From contig CAZPQW010000008.1 of NCBI GenBank assembly GCA_964588985.1, positions 68,509 through 132,508 of the forward strand: a DNA stretch of 64,000 bases, read 5' to 3'. The stretch is from an uncultured Solirubrobacteraceae bacterium. Lineage in GTDB: Bacteria > Actinomycetota > Thermoleophilia > Solirubrobacterales > Solirubrobacteraceae. The position numbers and the translations under genes were made by a program. Position 1 is the first letter of the stretch. Each line of letters begins with the position of its first letter. Below are positions 18,967 to 28,304 of this stretch, piece by piece. Under the pieces are notes generated by a model. That model did not search any database and had not been told where the DNA came from. It saw nothing but the letters and a program-made list of their open reading frames with translations.

Positions 18967-19806
18967 ATGAGGCTTCGCCTCTACCACCATCCGGACGGCG
19001 CGCGCGTGGCCTACCGCGAGCTCGGAGCGGGCCCGCCCCTCGCGCTGCTGCACTCCGGCCTGCTGTCGCACAAGGAGTGGGAGCCGGCTGTCGAGCAGCT
19101 CACCGACCGCTTCCGCGTGGTGCTCCCCGACCTGCCGCTGCACGGCGACTCCGAGGATCGGCCGCGCCACCCCTACACGCTCGACTGGTTCGCCGACGTG
19201 CTCGGCGGCTTCGCGGCGGAGGTGCTCGGGCCGCGACCTCTGATCGCCGGCCACGCGGCCGGCGCCGAGATCGCCCTGCAGGCCGTCCTGTCCGGTCGAG
19301 TTCGGCCCGGGCGCCTGGTGCTGATGCCCAACCGCCTGCACGCCGCACCGGCGGGAAGCGCCGCGCGCACCGCCTGGCAGCTGACCGCGAGGGCGGCCGC
19401 CGTCCCCGGGCTCGACCGCCTGCTCTCCCACGGCACGCGCGCGGTGTTCACCCCCGAGCGCGGCCTGCGCCTCTCCGCCCGCGCCAACCCCGCCGCCGCG
19501 GACCTCTTCCGCCACGCCTTCGCGGACGTTCCCGGCAACTCCAGCCTCGCGCGCTCGTGGGCGAAGTGCGCGCGCGGGTGGCCGCGGGGACCGCAGACGC
19601 ACCTGCTCGAGCTCTACCCGCGGCTGGAGATGCCCGTGCTCCTGCTGTGGGCGGACCGCGACCGATTGCACCCGCTCGCGGCGGCCGAAGAGGCGCTCGC
19701 GCTGCTGCCGCGGGGCCAGCTGCGCGTGCTCGAGAGCACGGGGTTCCTGATGGCCTACGACGACCCGGTGGGGCTCGCACGGGAGCTGGCCGCGTTCTGC
19801 GGGTAG
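18967..19806 (+). CDS. Alpha/beta-hydrolase fold protein with degenerate catalytic triad
   Basis: LLHSG, PDLPLHGDS, GHAAG in place of GxSxG, LLLWADRD. Confidence 0.8.
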   Translation: MRLRLYHHPDGARVAYRELGAGPPLALLHSGLLSHKEWEPAVEQLTDRFRVVLPDLPLHGDSEDRPRHPYTLDWFADVLGGFAAEVLGPRPLIAGHAAGAEIALQAVLSGRVRPGRLVLMPNRLHAAPAGSAARTAWQLTARAAAVPGLDRLLSHGTRAVFTPERGLRLSARANPAAADLFRHAFADVPGNSSLARSWAKCARGWPRGPQTHLLELYPRLEMPVLLLWADRDRLHPLAAAEEALALLPRGQLRVLESTGFLMAYDDPVGLARELAAFCG

Positions 19807-19845
19807 GGTTCGAGGCGCCAAATTTCCGTGTCACGAGGAGACCAA

Positions 19846-21171
19846 ATGCCATCCGAGCAGCAGCTGTGGGGCGCAGAGACAACCAAGGCCGTCGAGAACT
19901 TCCCGATCTCCGGTGAGACCGTGCCCGTATCCGTGGTCCACTGGCTCGCGCGCATCAAGGGCGCCGCGGCGGTCGTCAACGGCGAGCTCGGCCTGCTCTC
20001 CAAGCGCAGCGCCACACGCATCCACAAGGCGGCCGGCGAGATCGCGGCGGGCAAGCACGACAGCCAGTTCCCGATCGACGTGTTCCAGACCGGCTCGGGC
20101 ACCTCGACGAACATGAACGCCAACGAGGTGATCGGCAAGCTCGCAGGGGAGGGCGTCCATCCGAATGACCACGTCAACATGGGCCAGTCCTCCAACGACG
20201 TGTTCCCCTCCGCGGTGCACCTCGCGGCGCTCGACGTCGCCCAGAACGAGCTGCTGCCGGCGCTCAAACTGCTCGAGCGCTCGTTCGCGAAAAAGGCGAA
20301 GAGCTTCCACAACGTGGTGAAGTCCGGCCGCACCCACCTGATGGACGCCGTTCCCGTCACCGTCGGGCAGGAGTTCGCGGGCTACGCCGCGCAGATGGCG
20401 CTGGGTCAAGAGCGCGTGCAGGCGGCACTCGTCCACGTCGGGCAGATCCCGCTCGGCGGCACCGCCACCGGCACCGGCCTGAACACCCACCCGAAGTTCG
20501 CGGAGAAGGTGCGCGCGCGCCTGAAGAGGGAATCGGGCCTCAAGCAGATCGCCGCTCCGCTCGACCCGTTCGAGGCGCAGGCCAACCGCGACGCGCTCGT
20601 GGAGCTCTCCGGGGCGCTGAAGGTGATCGCCGTGTCGCTCACCAAGATCGCGGGCGACCTCGCGCTGATGGGCTCGGGCCCGCGCGCGGGCATCGGCGAG
20701 CTGTTCCTGCCCGAGCTGCAGAAGGGCTCCTCGATCATGCCCGGCAAGGTCAACCCGGTGATCCCCGAGGTCGTGCTGCAGGTCTCCGCGCAGGTGATCG
20801 GCAACGACACAGCGATCACCGTCGGCGGGCTGCAGGGCCAGTTCGAGCTGAACGTGCGCATCCCGCTGATCGCCCGCAACCTGCTCCAGTCGCTCGGGCT
20901 GCTGTCCTCCACCGCGCGCGTGTTCGCGGAGAAGTGTGTCGACGGGATCCAGGTCAACAAGGCCGGCGCGGCGGCGTCCGCCGGGGCCACGCTCGCGGTG
21001 GCCACTGCCCTCAACGGCGCGATCGGCTACGACAAGGCGACCGTGATCGTCAAAAAGGCGACCGCCACAGGGCGCCCGCTGCGCGAGATCGCGCTCGAGG
21101 AGGGCGTCGACGCGAAGCTGTACGACGAAACGATCGACCTGCGCAAGATCGCGCGAGGGAACCAGGCGTAG
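19846..21171 (+). CDS. fumC: Class II fumarate hydratase
   Basis: FQTGSGTSTNMN, HPNDHVN, GRTHLMDA, GSSIMPGKVNP; GAGGAG RBS. Confidence 0.95.
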   Translation: MPSEQQLWGAETTKAVENFPISGETVPVSVVHWLARIKGAAAVVNGELGLLSKRSATRIHKAAGEIAAGKHDSQFPIDVFQTGSGTSTNMNANEVIGKLAGEGVHPNDHVNMGQSSNDVFPSAVHLAALDVAQNELLPALKLLERSFAKKAKSFHNVVKSGRTHLMDAVPVTVGQEFAGYAAQMALGQERVQAALVHVGQIPLGGTATGTGLNTHPKFAEKVRARLKRESGLKQIAAPLDPFEAQANRDALVELSGALKVIAVSLTKIAGDLALMGSGPRAGIGELFLPELQKGSSIMPGKVNPVIPEVVLQVSAQVIGNDTAITVGGLQGQFELNVRIPLIARNLLQSLGLLSSTARVFAEKCVDGIQVNKAGAAASAGATLAVATALNGAIGYDKATVIVKKATATGRPLREIALEEGVDAKLYDETIDLRKIARGNQA

Positions 21172-21304
21172 GACGTCGACGCTGAGCCTCGCTACCAATC
21201 ACCTTGGCGGACAGAGGCGACCCAACTGCCTTCGGCACCGCGCGTAGCACTTGTCCTGCTCTCCATGACGGTCGTGCTCCCCTTTCTGGGACAATCTCGC
21301 ACGG

Positions 21305-21808
21305 ATGTATCGGAGACTTGTCCTTGCGCTCGCAGTATGCGCCCCGGTCGCGGCCTTCGTCCTGTTGACCAGCCAGCCGGTCCGATACGCTTCGCGTCTG
21401 GCGCCACCTCTGCCGCGTTACGCACTAGTGCCCCCGGTCGTATCCATCGCATCGCTGAGGGGTGGCCCTGTGCTTGTGAACTTCTGGGCTAGCTGGTGTC
21501 ATCCCTGCCAGGAAGAGGCTGCTGCGCTCGCCGCTTTCGCACACACTCGAAGAGCCCACGGTCGGCTCGTCGGCATCGATGTCGGGGACGACGCTGCGGA
21601 CGGCGAGAAGTTTGTCGCCCGGTACAAGTGGGATTTTTCGGCTCTTCGTGATCCCAGCGAAAGGGTCGCTGGTGCGTACGCCGTACCGGGTCTGCCGACG
21701 ACGATCATCCTTGATAGCCAGAGCCGCATCATCGGGCGGCTTTTCGGGCCTCAGACCGAGGTATCACTCAGCCATGCGCTGCAGCTCGCCTCGGCGGGCC
21801 ATGTCTGA
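21305..21808 (+). CDS. TlpA/ResA-like thiol-disulfide oxidoreductase, membrane-anchored or exported
   Basis: VLVNFWASWCHPC, GLPTT (cis-Pro loop), hydrophobic N-terminus. Confidence 0.85.
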   Translation: MYRRLVLALAVCAPVAAFVLLTSQPVRYASRLAPPLPRYALVPPVVSIASLRGGPVLVNFWASWCHPCQEEAAALAAFAHTRRAHGRLVGIDVGDDAADGEKFVARYKWDFSALRDPSERVAGAYAVPGLPTTIILDSQSRIIGRLFGPQTEVSLSHALQLASAGHV

Positions 21809-21893
21809 TGTGCTGGTGATCCCACACGCCATGCAAAGACGCTTCCGCCGCCCATAGGCGACGGAAGCGGGCGCGGTGCTCGTTACGTCCTGG

Positions 21894-22256
21894 TCATTCC
21901 GTCCGTTTGTATTTGGCGCTAAAGCCCGATGTGAACGTCGAGTGGTCGTGCGCGTAGGGTTCCGAGTTGATGGTTTTAAAGGCTTCAAAAATCTGCGCAC
22001 GTGCTTCCGGCGGGCAGATAAGGCCTTCGTTGCGTATGCCAGGGCAAATGATTCCTACACCTGCTGGTTCGGTTAGGTTCCAGATCAATTCCACTTTCGG
22101 ACCGAACACGCTTTCGCCGCTTTTGATTCCGTGGTTGGTGGCCCACTGGACCCATTCGGATGCGCTCGCCTGGCCGACTCCAACTGTCGACATGGAAGTT
22201 GTAATAACTGCCACAGTGCATAGGAAGCGCCTTGCTGCACGTGGAGAGATGGCCAT
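21894..22256 (-). CDS. Small secreted hypothetical protein
   Basis: AGGAGG RBS; signal peptide ending QASA; two Cys in the mature part. Confidence 0.6.
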   Translation of the reverse strand: MAISPRAARRFLCTVAVITTSMSTVGVGQASASEWVQWATNHGIKSGESVFGPKVELIWNLTEPAGVGIICPGIRNEGLICPPEARAQIFEAFKTINSEPYAHDHSTFTSGFSAKYKRTE

Positions 22257-22260
22257 CCTC

Positions 22261-22926
22261 TCATCCTCCTTGGATTGTGATGGTAGAGCCACCGGGCAAT
22301 GGGGTAAGGCTTACCGGCACGCTCGCTGACTCTAGAGCCCATCCGTTCTCTACGACGGGAACCGCTCTAGTGGTCCCGTCCGAAAAGGCGACCTGTACTG
22401 ATGACACGCCGGTTGGCTCGATACCGGCCATCGCCACGTTTCCCCCCGTTGGATAGTAATAAGTCTCAAACGTACCTTGAGAATTGGCAGCTGGCTCAGT
22501 GCATGTCGAGCCTTTCGGGTAGCGACCGTCAGCGCTGCGGTTAGGAGAGATTGTGACACATATCCCGCCTTCACCGGACTGAGAGATCCAGCTCGCGACG
22601 GCCGGTGCCGTCGTGGGCAGCCGCCGAATCGTGGATGGTATTGGGAAGTTCGGGCCGTCGGAGCCCGGTTCGAGTCGCCAGGTTGGTCCGTCGGCGCCAA
22701 TCGTGGCGGCAGCGGCGAATGCCGCACTTGGAGTCAGGCCAGTCGGTCCGGTGCTGTTGAGCGCCGGATAAAGCTCTGAAATCGACGGCGTCGTTGCTGC
22801 GGTTGCTTTGCCACTGCCAGTGTCAATGAAATAAATGAGCGTCGCGGTGGCTGCGAGGCAGACTAGGCCCGCAAGCTGGGCCAGTCTCTTACCCCGCAGG
22901 CTGAAACCATCGAGGGGGCCTGTCAT
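22261..22926 (-). CDS. Secreted or membrane-anchored hypothetical protein
   Basis: GAGGAAG RBS; N-terminal hydrophobic helix; Cys pair (GICV..STCT); 4 nt from the next gene. Confidence 0.6.
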   Translation of the reverse strand: MTGPLDGFSLRGKRLAQLAGLVCLAATATLIYFIDTGSGKATAATTPSISELYPALNSTGPTGLTPSAAFAAAATIGADGPTWRLEPGSDGPNFPIPSTIRRLPTTAPAVASWISQSGEGGICVTISPNRSADGRYPKGSTCTEPAANSQGTFETYYYPTGGNVAMAGIEPTGVSSVQVAFSDGTTRAVPVVENGWALESASVPVSLTPLPGGSTITIQGG

Positions 22927-23145
22927 AGATTACTTCCTCTCGGTAGGCTCTACATGGATCAGGCTAGTGAAATGATATTAGCAGCTCGCACCCGAGACCG
23001 TCGAGCAGGATTCACTCCGCATGCGTCAAACTCGAACCATGGCATGTAGCCTAGCGTCCGAGGTCGATCGATGATGCTAGCTCAGCATCTTGGCACTTGT
23101 GGCTGAAGGCCATGAGGTAAATGAACCTGGTTGACTCGGCCGCAC

Positions 23146-23177
23146 CGGAACCCGGCGTAGCCGTTTTAGTTCCCGGC
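23146..23177. terminator. Hairpin downstream of the GH2 gene, possible terminator
   Basis: GGAAC-CCGGCGTAGCCG-TTTTA-GTTCC nested dyad just past the GH2 stop. Confidence 0.3.
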
Positions 23178-23194
23178 ATTTATCGGGCCATTAG

Positions 23195-25033
23195 CTAGAG
23201 CGCGTCGAACAGGCGCCCGACGGTCCTCGCGGCCGGCTTGGCCCGCCCGGCGTAGGTGAACAGCCCCTTCTGGTTGATCCCTTCGATCAGCTTCAGGCGC
23301 GGCAGCACGCGGTGGATCGAGCCGCCGTTGAAGGTCGGCGTGAGCGGGTAGTCGCGCAGCAGCCACACGAGCATCGCGCTGAGCTTCGGGTCGGCGGCGT
23401 ACACGGCGATGTGCGCCGCGAGCAGCCGCGACTGGAACGCGTAGCTCCCGGCGCTCCCCGGCGGGTTGAGCGCGTTCGATTCGGCGCCGAACTCGCTGAT
23501 CACGAGCACCTTGCCCGCGAACGTGCGCTCCATCGCCGCGAGTCGCGCGCGCATCTGCGCCCGCAGCTGGGCGGTCGTCGCGTGCGGCGAGTCATACCAG
23601 CCGGAGTAGTCCGTCTCGGCGACCGCGTCCGCTTCCGAGTACAGCGCGCCCGCGTGCACGGGCGGGTGAGTGCCCCACACGTCCACCGCGACCATCCGCG
23701 TCGGGTCGTGCGCGTGCAGCCAGCCGCACAGGTCGCGCACGTATCGGATCTCCTCGCTCGAGTGCCCGTTGTCGGCGACCTCGTTGACGAGGTTCCACGC
23801 GAAGATCGACGGGTGCAGCTCGGCGGCGGTCGCCGCGGTGCGCGCCTGCTGCTCGGCTTCCGCGTTCAGTTGCGGCGTGCTCGGGAGCCAGTTGCCGGCG
23901 CCTTCCACCGGCCCGACCCCCTGCCACACGAGGATCCCCGCCGCGTCGAGCCGTTCCAGCAGAGCGGGGTCGAGCGGGTGCTGCGCGCGTGCCGCGTTCG
24001 CGTGGATCGCCTTCAGCTCCGCCACGATCTCGTCCTCGTCGCTCGCGGTGAGCGCGTCGCCGTGTCCGCGCGCGTCCTCCTGGATCGACGCGCCGTGGAG
24101 CTTCAGCTGTTCTCCATTTAGATAGATATGGCCGCCGTGCCAGGTCAGCTGGCGCAGGCCGATCCGTGCGCTGTAGCTGGACTCCGCGCCGGCCGCCAGG
24201 GTCAGCTGGTAGAGGTTGGGATGCGTCGGCGACCACAGGGCGGGCTGAGTCACGTCCGCGGTTGCCGTCGCGGTCGCCGACTGGCCCTGGGCGAGCGTCA
24301 CCGCGTGGAACGCGAGGGGGATCGTCTGGGCTTCGTGGACGAGCGAGCCCGTGGGGACGATCGTCCGTTCGGGCCCGTAGTTGTGCACCAACACGCTCAC
24401 CTTCACGCGCGCGTCGCCGGCCTGCAGGGTCGTCTGGAGCGTGGGGCTCGACAGCTCGCTCGCGCCGATCGGGCGCACTTCGACCTCGCCGTCGAGGCCG
24501 CCCCAGTTGAACCACGTGCGGTGAAAGCCCGCGCGCGACTGCGCCGCGGGGTTGCGCCAGTCGATCCGCACGACCACCGCGTGCGTGCCCGCGGCAAGGC
24601 TCGCGCGCTCTTCGAACGGCACGTAGGAGCCCCGGTGCGAGCCGAGTTTGCGCCCGTCCACGAACACGCTCGCCTGGAAGTTCGCCGACTGGAAGCTCAG
24701 CGCGTAGGTGCCCGCCTGCGCGGCCTTGAACGTCGTGCGGTACCACGCCACCGAGCCTTCGTAGTTGACCGTTCCCCTGGGGCCGGTGTAGTGGGTGGCG
24801 TCGACCACGTTCGGAACGGTCACGGCGGCGCCCGAGAAGCGGCCGCGCTGCCAGCCGAGCGCCGCGCCGTGGTCCTTCGGGTCGGTGCGCAGCGTCCAAC
24901 GAGTGAGCGCGGTGCGCCCGCCTGGGCCTTCGAACAGCAGCAGCTGGCTCGGCGGCGCGTACGCCGCGGCGGCGGTCGCCGCGAGCATCAGGCAGGCGAT
25001 CGCGATAGCTAACGCTGTCTTTCGCTGAAGCAT
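23195..25033 (-). CDS. Secreted glycoside hydrolase family 2 (beta-glucuronidase/galactosidase-like)
   Basis: Signal peptide; AWYRTTF, LWSP..P.LY, WNLVNE (acid/base), ISEFGA (nucleophile), NQKGL. Confidence 0.85.
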   Translation of the reverse strand: MLQRKTALAIAIACLMLAATAAAAYAPPSQLLLFEGPGGRTALTRWTLRTDPKDHGAALGWQRGRFSGAAVTVPNVVDATHYTGPRGTVNYEGSVAWYRTTFKAAQAGTYALSFQSANFQASVFVDGRKLGSHRGSYVPFEERASLAAGTHAVVVRIDWRNPAAQSRAGFHRTWFNWGGLDGEVEVRPIGASELSSPTLQTTLQAGDARVKVSVLVHNYGPERTIVPTGSLVHEAQTIPLAFHAVTLAQGQSATATATADVTQPALWSPTHPNLYQLTLAAGAESSYSARIGLRQLTWHGGHIYLNGEQLKLHGASIQEDARGHGDALTASDEDEIVAELKAIHANAARAQHPLDPALLERLDAAGILVWQGVGPVEGAGNWLPSTPQLNAEAEQQARTAATAAELHPSIFAWNLVNEVADNGHSSEEIRYVRDLCGWLHAHDPTRMVAVDVWGTHPPVHAGALYSEADAVAETDYSGWYDSPHATTAQLRAQMRARLAAMERTFAGKVLVISEFGAESNALNPPGSAGSYAFQSRLLAAHIAVYAADPKLSAMLVWLLRDYPLTPTFNGGSIHRVLPRLKLIEGINQKGLFTYAGRAKPAARTVGRLFDAL

Positions 25034-25061
25034 GTTCTCCCTCAACAACTTCCGCGCGCGA

Positions 25062-27401
25062 TCAGAGCGGCGCGACCACAGCGGGCTCGGCCGCCGCGGC
25101 GAGCAGCCGCTCGAGCAGCACGCGCGCGCCGGCCTTGTGCAGGGGTTCGTTGAGGTTGCCGCACTTGGGCGACTGTACGCACGACGGGCAGCCTTTGGAG
25201 CACGGGCACTCCGCGATCAGGCGGTGCGCGTCGCCGCACAGCTCCTCGAAACGAGCGAACGCCGTGCGCGTGATTCCGATCCCACCCGGGTGGCCGTCAT
25301 ATATAAAAATCGTCGGAACCCCGGTCTGCGGGTGGAAGTTCGTCGACAGGCCGCCGATGTCCCAGCGGTCGCACATCGCGATCAGCGGCAGCACCGCGAT
25401 CTGCGCATGCTCCGTCGCGTGCAGCGAGCCCAGCAGCGCCTCCATCGACAGCTCCTCCGCCAGCTCCGTCGCGTCGAGCTCGAACCACAGCGCCTGCGTC
25501 GAGAAGCTCGTCGACGGCAGGTCGAGCGCCACGATGTCCACCTGCGCGTGGTCGATGAGTCGCCTGCGCTGGTAGGCGAGCACCGTGTCGGTCACCGACA
25601 CCTCGCCAAACGACAGCGTTACCCCAAGCGTTTCGCGGCGATCGAGCAGTTTCACGATCTCCGTGTCGGTGTCGCTCTTCGGCTGCGTGTACCAGTCGCC
25701 GTCGAACGGCGACACCAGCGCGCGGCGGCGCTCGAGGTCGAGCTCGCGGACCTCGTACGAGCGCCCCTGGTGCATGTAGATCGCGCCCTCGTGCACCGTC
25801 GAGTGGGCGCGCGCCGCCTCCGTGGAGCCGAGCAGCTCGCCCGAGGAGACGTCCACGATCGCGAAGCTCTCAGGCGAAGCCGAGCGCAGCGACACCTCGC
25901 CCGCCGGGTAGCCGCCCGGCTGGCGCAGCACGTACGTCGTCGGCGCCACCGTCCCACGGCGCCTGAGCGCGCCCGCGCTCTCCAGGTGCTCCGCGTGAGT
26001 CTCCCAGCGCGGCCCCAGGAACTCCGCGTCCCCGCCGCTCAGCGGACCCTCGTGCGCCGCGCACAGCAGGTGCGAGCGGAAGATCGGCGCGCTCTCGTGG
26101 TCGAGGATCGCCGCCTCCACCGGCCGGTCGAGGAAGTCTTCGGGGTGGCGGCAGAAGAACTGGTCGAGCGCGTCCTCGCCCGCCACGTACATCGCCAGGC
26201 CCCGCCCGCGGCGTCCCGCACGCCCCCACATCTGGCGCAGCGACGCGACCGTGCCGGGGAACGTCACCACCACCGCCGCGTCGAGCTCGCCGATGTCGAT
26301 CCCCAGCTCCAGCGCGTCGGTCGTGATCACCGCGTGCAGCTCGCCCTTCGTCAACCGCGCCTCCAGCTCGCGACGCTGCTGGGCGGTGTAGCCCGCGCGG
26401 TAGGGGACCACCAGCTCGGCCAGCCTGTGCCCGTCAGGGTGCTCCGGGTCGGTGTCCTGCAGGTCCTGTTTGACCAGGCGCGCCAGCACCTCCACGCCCT
26501 TGCGCGACTTCATGAAGCAGATCGTCCGCGCGCCGTCGCGCACCAGCCGCGCCAACAGCTCCGCCGCCTCGCCCAGCGCCGAGCGGCGCGTGCCGAGCTT
26601 GTCGTCCGTCAGAGGCGGGTTCCACACCGCGATTCGCCGCTGCGGCGCCGGCGAGCCGTCCTCGTCGATCAGGCGCACGTCCTCCAGGCCCGTCAGACGC
26701 TCCGCCAGCTCGACCGGGTTCGCGATCGTCGCCGAGGTCATCAGGAAGATTGGCTCCGTTCCATAAGCCGCCGCGATCCGGCGCAGGCGGCGCAGCACGT
26801 TCGCCACGTGCGAGCCGAACACGCCGCGGTACACGTGCGCCTCGTCGATCACCACCACCGCCAGGTTCGCGAACAGGTCCGCCCACGCCGCGTGGTTCGG
26901 CAGGATGCCCACGTGCAGCATGTCGGGGTTCGTCAGCACCACGTTCGCCGACCTGCGGATCTGCGCGCGCGCCTCGCGCGGCGTGTCGCCGTCGTAGATC
27001 GCCGGGCGCACCCGCTTCGGCAGGCCGAACGAGGTCAGCGCGCGCGCCTGGTCCTGGGCGAGCGCCTTCGTCGGATACAGGTACAGCGCCCGCGCACGCG
27101 TCTGTTCGCACAGGATGTGAAGCGTCGGCAGGTTGAAGCACATCGACTTCCCCGACGCCGTCCCCGTCGTCACGATCGTCGGGCCTTCGGTCGCAGCGTG
27201 GATCGCCTCCGCCTGGTGGGAGTACAGGCGCTCGATCCCCATCCGCTCGAGCGCTGCCAGCACCTCCGGGTGAAGTTCCACAGGAACGTTTATCAGCCGC
27301 GCCTTGGTCGGGCCTTCGCGCGCCTCGCGCACCAGCCGCCCGTCCTCCAACCCTGCATCGAGCAGCGCGCTCCACGGCTCGGTTTTACGGTCGAGGGCCA
27401 A
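25062..27401 (-). CDS. DEAH-box helicase with C-terminal DUF1998 (MrfA/Hrq1/SftH family)
   Basis: LYSHQ, TGTASGKS, DEAH, SAT, LELGIDIG, QMWGRAGR, C..CPC..GCPSC. Confidence 0.92.
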   Translation of the reverse strand: MALDRKTEPWSALLDAGLEDGRLVREAREGPTKARLINVPVELHPEVLAALERMGIERLYSHQAEAIHAATEGPTIVTTGTASGKSMCFNLPTLHILCEQTRARALYLYPTKALAQDQARALTSFGLPKRVRPAIYDGDTPREARAQIRRSANVVLTNPDMLHVGILPNHAAWADLFANLAVVVIDEAHVYRGVFGSHVANVLRRLRRIAAAYGTEPIFLMTSATIANPVELAERLTGLEDVRLIDEDGSPAPQRRIAVWNPPLTDDKLGTRRSALGEAAELLARLVRDGARTICFMKSRKGVEVLARLVKQDLQDTDPEHPDGHRLAELVVPYRAGYTAQQRRELEARLTKGELHAVITTDALELGIDIGELDAAVVVTFPGTVASLRQMWGRAGRRGRGLAMYVAGEDALDQFFCRHPEDFLDRPVEAAILDHESAPIFRSHLLCAAHEGPLSGGDAEFLGPRWETHAEHLESAGALRRRGTVAPTTYVLRQPGGYPAGEVSLRSASPESFAIVDVSSGELLGSTEAARAHSTVHEGAIYMHQGRSYEVRELDLERRRALVSPFDGDWYTQPKSDTDTEIVKLLDRRETLGVTLSFGEVSVTDTVLAYQRRRLIDHAQVDIVALDLPSTSFSTQALWFELDATELAEELSMEALLGSLHATEHAQIAVLPLIAMCDRWDIGGLSTNFHPQTGVPTIFIYDGHPGGIGITRTAFARFEELCGDAHRLIAECPCSKGCPSCVQSPKCGNLNEPLHKAGARVLLERLLAAAAEPAVVAPL

Positions 27402-27422
27402 GGACTTGAGATAGTAGGGGGG

Positions 27423-28304
27423 ATGTCCGCCGAGGTCGCCGAGCGCTGGGCCAAAGCCCGCTCCTTCCACCATTCGCTCTATCCCGCCGAGCGGATCGCC
27501 GCCGAGCGCACCCAAAGCGTGTCCGTGTGCCTGCCCGCGCTCGAGTGCGCGGCGACGATCGGGCACGTCGTGGGGGAACTGGTCGCGCTGCGTGAGCTGG
27601 GGGCGATCGACGAGATCGTCGTGGTTGACGCGGGATCGGCGGACGGCACCGCCGAGATCGCCGCGCGCGCTGGAGCGAGCGTTTATCAGGAGGCCGAGTT
27701 GATGGGCTCGCACGGCCCGGTGCTCGGCAAGGGCGATGCGATGTGGCGGGCGCTGTCGGTGCTCGACGGCGAGCTCGTGTGCTTCCTCGACGCCGACACC
27801 GAGGATTTCTCCTCGCACTTCGCCACCGGCCTCCTCGGGGCGCTCGTGTGCGAGCCGGAAGTGTCGTTCGTCAAGGCGTTCTACCGCCGCCCGCTCGATC
27901 GCGGCGGTGTCTCGGACGGGGAGGGCGGCGGGCGCGTGAATCACCTGATGGCGCGACCCGCGCTCGCGCTGTTCTACCCCGAGCTCGCCGGCGTGCGCCA
28001 GCCGCTCGCCGGAGAGGTCGCAGCGCGGCGCGAGCTGCTCGAAGCGCTGCCGTTCGCCACCGGCTACGGCGTCGAGATCGCGATGGTGATCGACGTCTGG
28101 CGGCGGGTCGGGCTCGACGGGATGGCGCAGGTGGACTTGGACGAGCACCGCAACCCGCACCAGCCGCTCTCCGCGCTCACGGGGATGGCCACGACCGTGC
28201 TGGGCACGATCGCGCGGCGCGCGGAGCAGGACGGGCGCCTGCGCGACGTCGACGTTCCCGCGCTCGTCGAACGCCCCGCGCTCGCGAGCGTGTCGGTGGC
28301 GTGA
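27423..28304 (+). CDS. gpgS: Glucosyl-3-phosphoglycerate synthase
   Basis: SVCLPA, GKGDAMW, FLDAD, GGRVN, QPLAGE, GYGVEI, HRNPHQ. Confidence 0.88.
   Translation: MSAEVAERWAKARSFHHSLYPAERIAAERTQSVSVCLPALECAATIGHVVGELVALRELGAIDEIVVVDAGSADGTAEIAARAGASVYQEAELMGSHGPVLGKGDAMWRALSVLDGELVCFLDADTEDFSSHFATGLLGALVCEPEVSFVKAFYRRPLDRGGVSDGEGGGRVNHLMARPALALFYPELAGVRQPLAGEVAARRELLEALPFATGYGVEIAMVIDVWRRVGLDGMAQVDLDEHRNPHQPLSALTGMATTVLGTIARRAEQDGRLRDVDVPALVERPALASVSVA

Noticed and set aside
25062-27401. DUF1998 helicase as part of a DISARM or Druantia defence system
   Set aside because: No partner methylase, nuclease or second helicase is nearby. The single-polypeptide architecture fits the MrfA/Hrq1 repair family.
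25032-28304. 1090-aa plus-strand ORF and 1032-aa minus-strand ORF suggesting giant overlapping genes
   Set aside because: Only 27423-28304 (gpgS) and 25062-27401 (helicase) carry family motifs. The extensions are antisense shadows typical of high-GC DNA.
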